This document shows positions 1-9,655 of a stretch of DNA of 64,000 bases, piece by piece; within the stretch, counting starts at the first letter, position 1; every line of letters begins with the position of its first letter. The notes under the pieces were generated by a model, which made no database searches, was not told the DNA's origin, and saw only the letters and a program-made list of their open reading frames with translations. Position numbers and translations under genes: made by a program. The stretch comes from Obrimoposthia wandeli (Eukaryota): NCBI GenBank assembly GCA_977020255.1, contig CDROCS010001101.1, positions 496,001 to 560,000 on the forward strand, given 5' to 3'.

Positions 1-2
1 TT

Positions 3-896
3 GGTTTATTGGAATTGTGCGGTGCGTTATGTACTAAAATCATGCGCCCTATCTTCAACCTACCAGGTCGTTCAGCAGTAGACTGTATTGCCTCTTGGTT
101 AGGCGATGGCAGTGTGGGTATCTTATTAACGGATAAGCAATACCAAGAGAAGTTTTATACCCAGCGTGAAGCTGCCGTTGTTGGCACTACCTTCTCAGCC
201 GTATCAATTACGTTTAGCTTGGTGGTTATTGCTCAGGTTAATTTAGAGCAATACTTCTTGCCTTACTATATGGCGATCACGTTATCAGGTATCATCGCTG
301 CTATCATAGTGCCGAAGTTGCCGCCCTTGTGTTGGAAAAAAGACATCTATATTGATGGCTCTCCGAAAAAACACGATTTAGAAGCTATCCCAGCTGGTCA
401 CACTGTTTTCTCATGGGGTATTGATCAAGCAGTTGATCGCGCATCAAAAGTAACATCATACAAAACAGTATTTATCGAAGGCCTGAAAAACGCGACACAC
501 ATGGTATTCGGTATCTTACCTGTGGTAATGGCTATCGGTACTGTCGGCTTGCTTATCGCTGAGTACACATCGGTATTTTCCGTACTTGGTAAACCGTTTA
601 TGTATTACCTTGATTTCATGAACGTACCAGAAGCTGCACTGGCATCTGAATCGTTAGTGGTTGGTTTTGCCGATATGTTTGTACCAAGTATTCTTGCTAC
701 ATCGATGGAAAGTGATATGACGCGATTCATCATTGCTGGTGTATCAGTATCGCAACTTATCTATATGTCTGAAGTTGGCGCATTATTATTGGGCAGTAAA
801 ATTCCGGTAAACATCGTCGATTTATTTATTATTTTCGTACTGCGTACCATCATCACATTACCTATCATCACAGGTGTGGCACATCTTATCTTTTAA
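3..896 (+). CDS. yjiH: YjiH-family (nucleoside-recognition/GATE domain) membrane transporter, 5'-truncated by window edge
   Basis: Frame open from position 3; multi-TM protein with PGRSAVDCIASWLGDGSVG, YTQREAAVVGTTFSAVS and GFADMFVPS motifs typical of YjiH. Confidence 0.8.
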   Translation, partial: GLLELCGALCTKIMRPIFNLPGRSAVDCIASWLGDGSVGILLTDKQYQEKFYTQREAAVVGTTFSAVSITFSLVVIAQVNLEQYFLPYYMAITLSGIIAAIIVPKLPPLCWKKDIYIDGSPKKHDLEAIPAGHTVFSWGIDQAVDRASKVTSYKTVFIEGLKNATHMVFGILPVVMAIGTVGLLIAEYTSVFSVLGKPFMYYLDFMNVPEAALASESLVVGFADMFVPSILATSMESDMTRFIIAGVSVSQLIYMSEVGALLLGSKIPVNIVDLFIIFVLRTIITLPIITGVAHLIF

Positions 897-944
897 GTTG
901 AAATGTTGATGTACTAAACGTAAGAAATAGAAAGAAACGTAAGA

Positions 945-985
945 CAAAAAAATGCCCATCACTATCACAGTGATGGGCATTTTTG
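945..985. terminator. Bidirectional intrinsic terminator between convergent yjiH and dcd
   Basis: AAAAAATGCCCATCACT-atcac-AGTGATGGGCATTTTT hairpin with A/T tails on both sides. Confidence 0.85.
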
Positions 986-1015
986 TATTTGGATTAACAC
1001 TATATCAAGCATTGA

Positions 1016-1054
1016 TTAAAGACAATACTTAGAGACAATGCTTAGAGACAACTA
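1016..1054. repeat. 13-bp degenerate tandem repeat x3 ending at the dcd stop codon
   Basis: ttaaagacaatac / ttagagacaatgc / ttagagacaacta. Confidence 0.8.
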
Positions 1055-1654
1055 AGCGTTTTGATTGTCGTTATCGTCTTGGTTAATACGACTTGAATCA
1101 GCACCATGTTGGTTTTTATACTTAGCGTCTTTACGTTGATTGTAAGGACGTGCAGCAGGTGCAGTCAGTGTTTCAAAGTTTAACGCGGCAATCGTCATTT
1201 TCGGACGTAATGCCAACGGTAATTTACCACTGTTATAAAATTCAAGTACGATACGGCCAGACCAGCCTGGATCAATACGATGTGCAGTAACATGCACCAT
1301 CAGACCCAAACGCGCTAATGACGAACGTCCATCTAACCAACCAACGATGTCTGCTGGTAGGGTTACTTTTTCAAATGTCACAGATAAAGCAAATTCACCT
1401 GGGTGCAAAATAAATGCTTCGCCGTCAGGTATAACAATTTCATCACTCATGACTTTATCAAGTTGGATAGCCACTTCTTCTTTGGGGCCACTCAAATCAA
1501 TATAAGGCGCATTGTGTGCTTGAAATACTCGGAATTCATGACCTAAAGTAACATCAACACTTACACCGCTAATTTTACTTTGGTCAGGTTTTGGTTCAAT
1601 CGTAATTCGACCATCATCTAAGTATTTTTCAATATCTGTATCGCACAGGCGCAT
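1052..1654 (-). CDS. dcd: dCTP deaminase
   Basis: MRLCDTDIE start; [35 protein letters not shown] signature. Confidence 0.97.
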   Translation of the reverse strand: MRLCDTDIEKYLDDGRITIEPKPDQSKISGVSVDVTLGHEFRVFQAHNAPYIDLSGPKEEVAIQLDKVMSDEIVIPDGEAFILHPGEFALSVTFEKVTLPADIVGWLDGRSSLARLGLMVHVTAHRIDPGWSGRIVLEFYNSGKLPLALRPKMTIAALNFETLTAPAARPYNQRKDAKYKNQHGADSSRINQDDNDNQNA

Positions 1655-1683
1655 TTTATCTCTCTTTAATAGATGCTGTGTTA

Positions 1684-2328
1684 TTAGTCATTTAATAACT
1701 GACAAATTTTTGCTTTTAATGTATCAATCGCAAAACGGTTCTTCCCACCACGTGGCACAATAAGATCTGCATATTGTTTTGATGGTTCAATGAACTGTAG
1801 GAACATTGGACGTACCGTATCATTATATTGTTCAATAACCGATTCCATTGTTCTGCCACGTTCTGCAACATCACGTTGTAAACGTCGAACAAAACAAATA
1901 TCTAACGGTGTATCCATAAATACACTTGCGTGAATAATGTTACGGATAGTTGGATCTGTCAGTAATAAAATACCTTCTAAAATGATCACTTTCTTCGGTG
2001 TCAATTTTATCGTTTCAGCCATACGAGTATGCTCGGTATAGCTGTACGTTGGAATTTCTACTGCTTGGCCGTCACTCAAACCCTGTAAATGACTGCACAA
2101 TAATTTATGATCCATCGCTTGTGGATGATCATAATTTGTTTTAACTCGGTCTTCCATCTCGAGGTGACTTTGATCACGGTAATAACAATCTTCAGTAATG
2201 ACTGCAATTTGTGATTCGCCAAACTCAGCAACAAGCTCGTTATAGATTGTTGAAGAAAGTAGGCTTTTGCCAGATGCAGAAGCACCTGCGATTGCGATGA
2301 TCACACAAGAGTTAGATGTATTATTCAT
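1684..2328 (-). CDS. udk: Uridine kinase
   Basis: [11 protein letters not shown]-loop, [36 protein letters not shown]. Confidence 0.97.
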   Translation of the reverse strand: MNNTSNSCVIIAIAGASASGKSLLSSTIYNELVAEFGESQIAVITEDCYYRDQSHLEMEDRVKTNYDHPQAMDHKLLCSHLQGLSDGQAVEIPTYSYTEHTRMAETIKLTPKKVIILEGILLLTDPTIRNIIHASVFMDTPLDICFVRRLQRDVAERGRTMESVIEQYNDTVRPMFLQFIEPSKQYADLIVPRGGKNRFAIDTLKAKICQLLND

Positions 2329-2499
2329 TTATTAAATGATCCGTTAGGGCTTAAGACACCGTTATTATAGAAATTTATAGTCCGTCATTCTAGAGTAAAC
2401 GTAAAAATACCTATATTAACTTATAAAATAACGCGATTAAGTTGAAAAATACCTACAATAAGCTAGTAAATTACGCAGCGCGCTATAAAATCAGCAAGA

Positions 2500-3576
2500 T
2501 TACGCAAGCTTAATTGGTATCTCTGTTGATATTGTGTGCGTTTGAAAAAACATTTTACTGACAATGTCATTCGCAAGTTGCGCATATGTAGCTGAAAATG
2601 CCGAGTCTGGTCGAGCGACAACCGTTGGAGTTCCCGCATCAATATCCGCACGTAAATCGATATGTAATGGTAATTGCGCTACACATTCGGTATCAAAACG
2701 CGCGGCCATTTTAGTTACACCACCAGTACCAAAAATAGCTTCTTCATGGCCACAATTATTACAGATATGGGTACTCATGTTTTCGACGACACCCAATACC
2801 GGTACTTTTACTTGTCTGAACATGCTGATGCCTTTTGCTGCATCGGCAAGCGCTACATCTTGCGGCGTTGATACAATTAATGCGCCTGTCACTGGAATGT
2901 TCTGACTTAATGTTAATTGGATATCACCTGTACCCGGTGGCATATCAATAAACAGGTAATCAAGTTCACCCCAATGGGTTTCGCCAAGTAACTGCATTAA
3001 TGCTTTACTCGCCATTGGTCCACGCCAAATCATCGCCTGATCATTTAAGGCAATAAAACCAATACTATTTACCGCTAAGCCGTGCGCGTTAATCGCTCGC
3101 ATGGTATTACCGTCGTATGCTTCAGGACGAGATTCACTTACACCCAGCATCAGGGGAATTGATGGCCCGTAAATATCGGCATCCATAATACCCACTTTGG
3201 CTCCCATTTTCGCTAATGCGAGCGCAGTATTAACCGTAGTAGTTGACTTACCTACCCCACCTTTACCCGATGCAATGGCAATAACATTCTTAACGCCTTT
3301 AATAGCAGGGGCATCATTACAGCGTGCAAGCGTGGCAACGTCTAACTTAATGATCCAGTTGACGCGCTCAACCCCTTTCATTAACAATACCTTCGCTTCT
3401 AATTTAGTCTTTACTTCTTCTTCAAAATCTAATGATGGAAACGGTAAACGTATCTGAATTTCAACACAACCATCCTTGTTGCTAATTGTCTCTAATACAT
3501 TAGTGTCGGCAATATTTTGTAACCAGTTTTTTGGTTGAAAAATGCCAACAAGCTGAGTGATCTTTGTAATATCCAT
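2500..3576 (-). CDS. apbC: Fe-S cluster carrier ATPase ApbC/Mrp
   Basis: ASGKGGVGKST deviant Walker A, DADIYGPS, WRGPM, DMPPGTGD, CNNC motif. Confidence 0.95.
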   Translation of the reverse strand: MDITKITQLVGIFQPKNWLQNIADTNVLETISNKDGCVEIQIRLPFPSLDFEEEVKTKLEAKVLLMKGVERVNWIIKLDVATLARCNDAPAIKGVKNVIAIASGKGGVGKSTTTVNTALALAKMGAKVGIMDADIYGPSIPLMLGVSESRPEAYDGNTMRAINAHGLAVNSIGFIALNDQAMIWRGPMASKALMQLLGETHWGELDYLFIDMPPGTGDIQLTLSQNIPVTGALIVSTPQDVALADAAKGISMFRQVKVPVLGVVENMSTHICNNCGHEEAIFGTGGVTKMAARFDTECVAQLPLHIDLRADIDAGTPTVVARPDSAFSATYAQLANDIVSKMFFQTHTISTEIPIKLA

Positions 3577-3764
3577 AACCGCCTCTCAAATTAAGTACGT
3601 AAGTGTTTAGCTTTTAAGCATTTATACTTTATATATCTACTATATCAATCATAAAGTAAAGATTCACAAATAAATACGCTAAAAATAGCAGGGTTTTTAG
3701 CGTAACATCTATGCTTTAAAGGCCGTATCAGGTAACATCGGACAACTTTATTTTTAACCACAAG

Positions 3765-5846
3765 ATGAGTCAGAATTTTATGACATCAGAACGCAAGATT
3801 TTAGTAACAAGCGCATTACCTTATGCCAATGGCCCTATTCACCTAGGTCATATGCTTGAGTACATCCAGACAGATATCTGGGTTCGTTTCCAAAAGCAAC
3901 GTGGTCACACATGTACTTATGTATGTGCTGATGATGCCCACGGCACACCTATCATGCTTAAAGCGCAAGAGCGTGGCATTACGCCGGAAGCAATGATCGC
4001 GCAAACTAAAATTGAGCATATGGCAGATTTTGCTGATTTCAATGTTGGTTTTGATAACTATCATTCAACACACAGTGATGAAAACCGTGAACTAGCAAGC
4101 ATGATCTACACGCGTCTACGCGATAACGGTCATATCAAAACACGTGTTATCTCACAGCTGTTTGATCCAGAAAAACAAATGTTCCTACCAGATCGTTTTG
4201 TTAAAGGTATCTGCCCTGAATGTAAGAGCGAAGATCAAAATGGCGATAACTGCGACAACTGTGGCGCAACGTATTCTCCAACCGATCTAATCGAACCACG
4301 TTCTGTTGTATCAGGTGCTGAACCTGTACTTAAAGATTCAGAGCATTACTTCTTCGATCTACCTGCTTTTGGCGACATGCTAAAAGAATGGACACGTTCT
4401 GGTTCATTGCAAGAAGAAATCGCGAATAAACTAGCTGAATGGTTTGAAGCCGGTCTACAACAGTGGGACATCAGCCGTGATGCACCTTACTTTGGTTTTG
4501 AAATCCCAGATGCACCAGGCAAATTCTTCTACGTTTGGTTAGACGCGCCAATCGGTTACATGGGTAGCTTCAAAAACCTTTGTGATCGTAGCGACGACCT
4601 AGACTTTGATGAATACTTCAAAAAGGATTCAACGACTGAACTTTATCACTTCATTGGTAAAGACATCGTTAACTTCCACAGCCTATTCTGGCCTGCAATG
4701 CTTGAAGGTACGGGCTTCCGTAAACCGACTGGCGTATTTGCACACGGTTTTGTTACTGTAAACGGTAAGAAAATGTCTAAGTCACGCGGTACATTTATTA
4801 TGGCGCGTACTTATTTAGACAACCTAAACCCAGAATACCTACGTTATTACTACGCAGCAAAACTAAGCAACAAGATTGTTGATTTAGATTTAAATCTAGA
4901 AGATTTTGCCCAGCGCGTAAACTCTGACGTTGTTGGTAAAGTAGTTAACCTTGCAAGTCGTACTGCTGGTTTCATCTACAAACGTTTTGATGCAAAACTA
5001 GCAAGCGAAATTTCAGAACCAGCACTACTGGCTGAATTTGTTGCTGCTGGCGATACCATTGCGCAATATTACGAAACGCGTGATTTCAGCAAAGCGATTA
5101 AAGAAATTATGGCACTGGCTGATAAAGCCAATGCATATATTGCCGACAAAGCACCGTGGCAATTAATCAAACAAGAAGGCTGTGAAGCAGAAGCACATCT
5201 TGTTTGTACTATGGGTATTAACTTATTCCGTATTTTATCGGTTTACTTGAAACCTGTATTACCAGAGATGGTTGCTGAAGTTGAAAAATTCTTAAACGAT
5301 GAATTCAACTGGGAAAGCTACAAAACAGTATTAACAGACCACGAAATCAACAAGTTCAAACCGTTAATGCAACGTGTTGAAATGGACAAAGTTGAAACTA
5401 TGGTTGAAGCATCTAAGCAAAACTTAGTGGTTGCTGAAGAAGAAGTGGCTGAAGTTGTTGAAGAAGAAGCAGCTATCGACCTTGCTTCTGACAAGCACCT
5501 TAAAGAAGAGCCAATTGGTGAAATGATCGCATTTGATGATTTTGCAAAAGTTGACTTACGTATTGCTAAAATTGTAAAAGCTGAACATGTTGAAGGCGCT
5601 AAGAAACTACTTAAGCTAACCTTAGATGTAGGCGGCGAAACGCGTCAAGTATTTGCTGGTATCAAATCAGCTTACGAACCAGAGCAACTGCAAGGTCGCT
5701 TAACGGTTATGGTTGCTAACTTAGCACCGCGTAAGATGAAGTTTGGTATGTCAGAAGGTATGGTACTTGCTGCAGGCCCTGGCGGCAGCGATATCTTTGT
5801 ACTAAACCCGGATGAAGGTTCTGAACCTGGCATGCGCGTAATGTAA
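3765..5846 (+). CDS. metG: Methionyl-tRNA synthetase (start may be ATG at 3780)
   Basis: [13 protein letters not shown] (HIGH), Zn-knuckle CPEC/CDNC, KMSKS, C-terminal tRNA-binding domain. Confidence 0.98.
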   Translation: MSQNFMTSERKILVTSALPYANGPIHLGHMLEYIQTDIWVRFQKQRGHTCTYVCADDAHGTPIMLKAQERGITPEAMIAQTKIEHMADFADFNVGFDNYHSTHSDENRELASMIYTRLRDNGHIKTRVISQLFDPEKQMFLPDRFVKGICPECKSEDQNGDNCDNCGATYSPTDLIEPRSVVSGAEPVLKDSEHYFFDLPAFGDMLKEWTRSGSLQEEIANKLAEWFEAGLQQWDISRDAPYFGFEIPDAPGKFFYVWLDAPIGYMGSFKNLCDRSDDLDFDEYFKKDSTTELYHFIGKDIVNFHSLFWPAMLEGTGFRKPTGVFAHGFVTVNGKKMSKSRGTFIMARTYLDNLNPEYLRYYYAAKLSNKIVDLDLNLEDFAQRVNSDVVGKVVNLASRTAGFIYKRFDAKLASEISEPALLAEFVAAGDTIAQYYETRDFSKAIKEIMALADKANAYIADKAPWQLIKQEGCEAEAHLVCTMGINLFRILSVYLKPVLPEMVAEVEKFLNDEFNWESYKTVLTDHEINKFKPLMQRVEMDKVETMVEASKQNLVVAEEEVAEVVEEEAAIDLASDKHLKEEPIGEMIAFDDFAKVDLRIAKIVKAEHVEGAKKLLKLTLDVGGETRQVFAGIKSAYEPEQLQGRLTVMVANLAPRKMKFGMSEGMVLAAGPGGSDIFVLNPDEGSEPGMRVM

Positions 5847-5900
5847 TATAAGTTCAGTTATCTGAAGCGTTAATTAAAACGATTCTAATACTGATTTTTT

Positions 5901-5926
5901 AAAGGGACTCAAGCTTGAGTCCCTTT
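5901..5926 (+). terminator. Hairpin after metG (perfect 26-bp palindrome)
   Basis: AAAGGGACTCAAGCTTGAGTCCCTTT. Confidence 0.7.
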
Positions 5927-5971
5927 GCTATTTATGATGTATCACTACATTTATCACGATAAGAGATTGAA

Positions 5972-7162
5972 ATGACAGCTCAAATTATCCTTGCTAAAGG
6001 CAAAGAAAAAGCACTTAAACGTAGACACCCGTGGATCTTCTCTGGCGCAGTTCAGAAAGTAAAAGGCGAAGTAGAAGTTGGCGGTACGGTTGATATCATG
6101 AGTGCGGGCGGCGAATGGCTAGCAACTGGTAGCTACTCTCCTGAATCTCAAATCCGTGTACGTGTATGGCATTACGACCGTGGCGTAGCAATCGACCAAG
6201 CATTCTTTGAAAAACGCATCAAACAAGCACAATCGCTACGTGATGAGTTAATCGCAGAAAAAGGTCTTACTGGCTACCGTTTAATCGCAGCTGAATCTGA
6301 TAGCCTTCCAGGTATCACGATTGACCGTTACAACGATTTCTTAGTATGTCAGCTATTATCAGCTGGTGCAGATTTCCACCGTGAGACATTAGTAGCAGCA
6401 CTAAGCGTTCTTTACCCTGAATGCAGCATCTACGAACGTTCAGACGTAGCAGTACGTAAAAAAGAAGGCCTAGAATTAGTTAAAGGTGTTCTTAAAGGTG
6501 AAGAGCCACCTGAATCAGTTATCATCGAAGAAAACGGTGTTAAAATTGAAGTTGATATTAAAGGTGGCCACAAAACTGGTTTCTATCTTGATCAACGTGA
6601 CAACCGTAAAGCTGCTGCAAAATATGCTAAAGGCAAAGACGTACTTAACTGCTTCAGCTACACAGGTGGTTTTGGTGTTTACGCAATGCAAGCTGGCGCT
6701 AAATCAATCACTAACGTTGATTTATCACAACCTGCATTAGACATTGCTAAACGTAATGCTGAGCACAATGGTTTAGATCTATCAAACGCATCTTTCGAAC
6801 GTGCTGACGTATTCAAGATTTTACGCCAATACCGTGAAGAAGGTCGTACATTTGATACAATCATTCTTGATCCGCCTAAATTTGCTGAAAGCAAAGCACA
6901 AATGAAAGGCGCTTGCCGTGGTTACAAAGATATTAACTTCGTAGCAATGCAAGTACTTAAGCCTGGCGGCACGCTATTAACATTCTCATGTTCTGGCTTA
7001 ATGGAAGATGGTTTATTCCAAAAAATCGTTGCTGATGCAGCACTTGATGCAGGCCGTGACGCTTACATCGTAGAGCGTTTATCACAAGCAGGTGATCACC
7101 CAACGGCTAGCTTCTATCCAGAAGGTTATTATCTAAACGGTTTAGTACTAAAAGTTCTATAA
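5972..7162 (+). CDS. rlmI: 23S rRNA m5C1962 methyltransferase
   Basis: PUA start [46 protein letters not shown]. Confidence 0.95.
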   Translation: MTAQIILAKGKEKALKRRHPWIFSGAVQKVKGEVEVGGTVDIMSAGGEWLATGSYSPESQIRVRVWHYDRGVAIDQAFFEKRIKQAQSLRDELIAEKGLTGYRLIAAESDSLPGITIDRYNDFLVCQLLSAGADFHRETLVAALSVLYPECSIYERSDVAVRKKEGLELVKGVLKGEEPPESVIIEENGVKIEVDIKGGHKTGFYLDQRDNRKAAAKYAKGKDVLNCFSYTGGFGVYAMQAGAKSITNVDLSQPALDIAKRNAEHNGLDLSNASFERADVFKILRQYREEGRTFDTIILDPPKFAESKAQMKGACRGYKDINFVAMQVLKPGGTLLTFSCSGLMEDGLFQKIVADAALDAGRDAYIVERLSQAGDHPTASFYPEGYYLNGLVLKVL

Positions 7163-7201
7163 TTGAGAGCTTTACCCTTGTAATAAATTAGTTTTAGTTG
7201 C

Positions 7202-7247
7202 AAAGTGGCACCCAGATAGAATTTTATTCTCTATTCAGTGCCACTTT
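7202..7247 (+). terminator. Long imperfect hairpin between rlmI and cdd
   Basis: AAAGTGGCAC...GTGCCACTTT stem followed by T-run. Confidence 0.55.
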
Positions 7248-7265
7248 TTAACAAGGCCAATTTTT

Positions 7266-8189
7266 ATGAAAAAAAACCTCCTTACTGCTCTTGCTAGCTT
7301 ACCAGAATCACTTCAACGTCATGTGCTACCTATAATCTCTAAACCTGATTTTAAAGGTGTTATTCATGCTGACGATGTTGACTTATTACAACTGCATTCT
7401 GCACTAGAAACCCCTGAATTATTATTTAGTTTATTACCGTTAGCCGCGGCCTACTCTGTTGCCCCTATTTCTGATTTTAATGTCGGTGCAATTGCACGAG
7501 CTGGATCGGGTAATCTGTATTTTGGCGCCAATTACGAATTTACCAATCAAGCGTTATTCAATAGTGTCCATGCTGAACAAGCCGCGATTAATAACGTATT
7601 TAGCCACCATGAAAGCACCATTTTAGATATTACAATCACCGCAAGTCCGTGTGGTCATTGTCGCCAGTTTATGAACGAATTAAGCTGCGCGAATGAATTA
7701 ATTGTTAATCTGAAAGCCAGTGGCAGTAAACCGTTATCAGCGCTATTACCTGACTCATTTGGTCCGATTGATCTTGGTGTAACAGCTCCCCTACTTGCTG
7801 CACAGCCGGCTCAATTAACATTAGCTAATGCAATCGATACAAATACTGATATTGATGAAGATCCAGCGTCAACGCTTGCACAAACCGCCTTGCAGGCTGC
7901 TAACACAAGTTATGCCCCATACAGTCATTGTCATGCAGGTATTGCGTTAAAGACAGCTTGTGGCAACGTCATTACTGGCCGTTATATTGAAAATGCGGCG
8001 TTTAACCCATCATTATCACCACTACAATCAGTACTGATTAACCTCAATTTAGCCGGTTTTGAATTGACCGATATAGTGGCAATGATCTTGGTTGAAAAGG
8101 CAGATACAAAAATGAGTCATGCGCAAGCGACACAGGTATTAGTATCTGAAATGAAGATTGAGACTTATCAGCATTTATATGCCAACTAA
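7266..8189 (+). CDS. cdd: Cytidine deaminase (homodimeric type)
   Basis: HAEQ and PCGHCRQFMNE Zn ligands; second domain SYAPYS / GRYIENAAFNPSLSPLQ. Confidence 0.95.
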   Translation: MKKNLLTALASLPESLQRHVLPIISKPDFKGVIHADDVDLLQLHSALETPELLFSLLPLAAAYSVAPISDFNVGAIARAGSGNLYFGANYEFTNQALFNSVHAEQAAINNVFSHHESTILDITITASPCGHCRQFMNELSCANELIVNLKASGSKPLSALLPDSFGPIDLGVTAPLLAAQPAQLTLANAIDTNTDIDEDPASTLAQTALQAANTSYAPYSHCHAGIALKTACGNVITGRYIENAAFNPSLSPLQSVLINLNLAGFELTDIVAMILVEKADTKMSHAQATQVLVSEMKIETYQHLYAN

Positions 8190-8202
8190 ATGATAAAGCA
8201 TA

Positions 8203-9192
8203 TTATTTAAACAGTTCGTGCTCAGTGACATAATCAATATTGTGCAAGTGTGCAATTTCTTTAAAGTTTGTCACCGAGTTTCGTCCTGACTCTTTCGAGT
8301 GGTAAAGGGCTAAATCGGCTTGCTGAACAAGCTTCGGTATTAAAGTACAACTCTTTAATTCTGTAAAACCGATACTCATCGTCATACTTTTCGCTTGTGG
8401 AAAGTCATAGCCTGCAATAATCTCTCTTAAGCGCTCTAATATATGTTCAGCGGTGTCTTCATCCGCGCATTTAAACAGTACGCTAAACTCTTCACCTCCA
8501 TAACGAAAAACATAATCCTCGCTGCGAAAGTTATGCTTCATTAAACCCGCCATTAATATCAATACTTCATCACCAATAACATGACCAAATCGATCATTCA
8601 CCAGTTTGAAGTTATCAATATCTAACATGGCGAGATACCAAGCACAATGTTCATCAATCTGATCGCGACGCTCATTATGATCATGACCAGTGATGACTTC
8701 CATCAATTTATTCTCGAACGTTTGTCGATTAAGTAATTCAGTTAGCGGATCAAGTCTATTTTTAAACAGGATATGGTGTTGATTAGCATAGATGTGTAAT
8801 ACATTTACCACCGTATTAAGTTGCTTACTACTCGAAATATCAGTCAGTGCATGCGCGGAAACCACAAAACCAATGACCAAGTCACCATGACAGATTGGGA
8901 TGTAACTAACCCTTTCTTCAACAGACTCATAAATATGGATCTTATTATCCTGTAACTTCTGGTAGAGGTCGCTGATCGTTTTTGAAGAAAAATCTAATCC
9001 AGTTAAGTTGTCACAGATTAATGTTGCGCCCTGCTCTATCAGCGCTTTCTTTACTGCAAATACGGCAATACGTTTCGTGTCTAAAATAGCCTGTACAGAG
9101 GCGATCAATGTGGCGTCTAGCTGTGCCTCATCTTCCGAGTCTGTTAATGCAATAAACCATTCATGTGCACAACTATTAAACGAACTCGACAT
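8203..9192 (-). CDS. Diguanylate cyclase (N-terminal sensor + GGDEF)
   Basis: DPLTELLNR, DIDNFKLVND, RSED I-site five residues before GGEEF. Confidence 0.9.
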   Translation of the reverse strand: MSSSFNSCAHEWFIALTDSEDEAQLDATLIASVQAILDTKRIAVFAVKKALIEQGATLICDNLTGLDFSSKTISDLYQKLQDNKIHIYESVEERVSYIPICHGDLVIGFVVSAHALTDISSSKQLNTVVNVLHIYANQHHILFKNRLDPLTELLNRQTFENKLMEVITGHDHNERRDQIDEHCAWYLAMLDIDNFKLVNDRFGHVIGDEVLILMAGLMKHNFRSEDYVFRYGGEEFSVLFKCADEDTAEHILERLREIIAGYDFPQAKSMTMSIGFTELKSCTLIPKLVQQADLALYHSKESGRNSVTNFKEIAHLHNIDYVTEHELFK

Positions 9193-9257
9193 TTACCACT
9201 ACCTTTCAAGGCCATCAATAGAGTGAGTTTAGTTAACAAAACATAAAATTGAGAACA

Positions 9258-9281
9258 AAAAAAGCGCATAAATGCGCTTCA
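9258..9281 (-). terminator. Orphan minus-strand intrinsic terminator upstream of the DGC gene
   Basis: Minus strand AAGCGCA-ttta-TGCGCTT followed by TTTTT; no annotated minus-strand gene upstream. Confidence 0.65.
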
Positions 9282-9498
9282 AACAGTATGTATATTTATA
9301 ACAAGAGGTTATTAGTGTTATTTATGGCATGTAACTGTCACTCATCCGACCCCTTAGTATAATAATTTGATTTAATCGATTTAACACTAAGTATCATACC
9401 TACCCTTAATTAGTTATAAAATATACATGGTTACGCTAAATTTCTAATCATATAAACATAATAATGAGTCTACGCCTGCTACTTTCGCCTCATTTTAT

Positions 9499-9514
9499 TG
9501 TGACCTTTATCACA
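9499..9514. promoter_or_regulatory. CRP site upstream of lipase gene
   Basis: Perfect TGTGA-N6-TCACA (TGTGAcctttaTCACA). Confidence 0.7.
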
Positions 9515-9655
9515 TAAAAATCAAAGTTCATTGTATTTTACGCAAGGTGGTTAACATAAACAAAACAACCTGTTCACTTTACGTATACACGACCGCATTA
9601 CTATTTCTATAATGTTATTTCTTTATATTGATTATAAAAAATAAGGTTGGACAGG

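Noticed and set aside
2403-2455. Direct repeat AAAAATACCTA x2, 42 bp apart, upstream of udk
   Set aside because: Short AT-rich match with no recognisable regulator consensus
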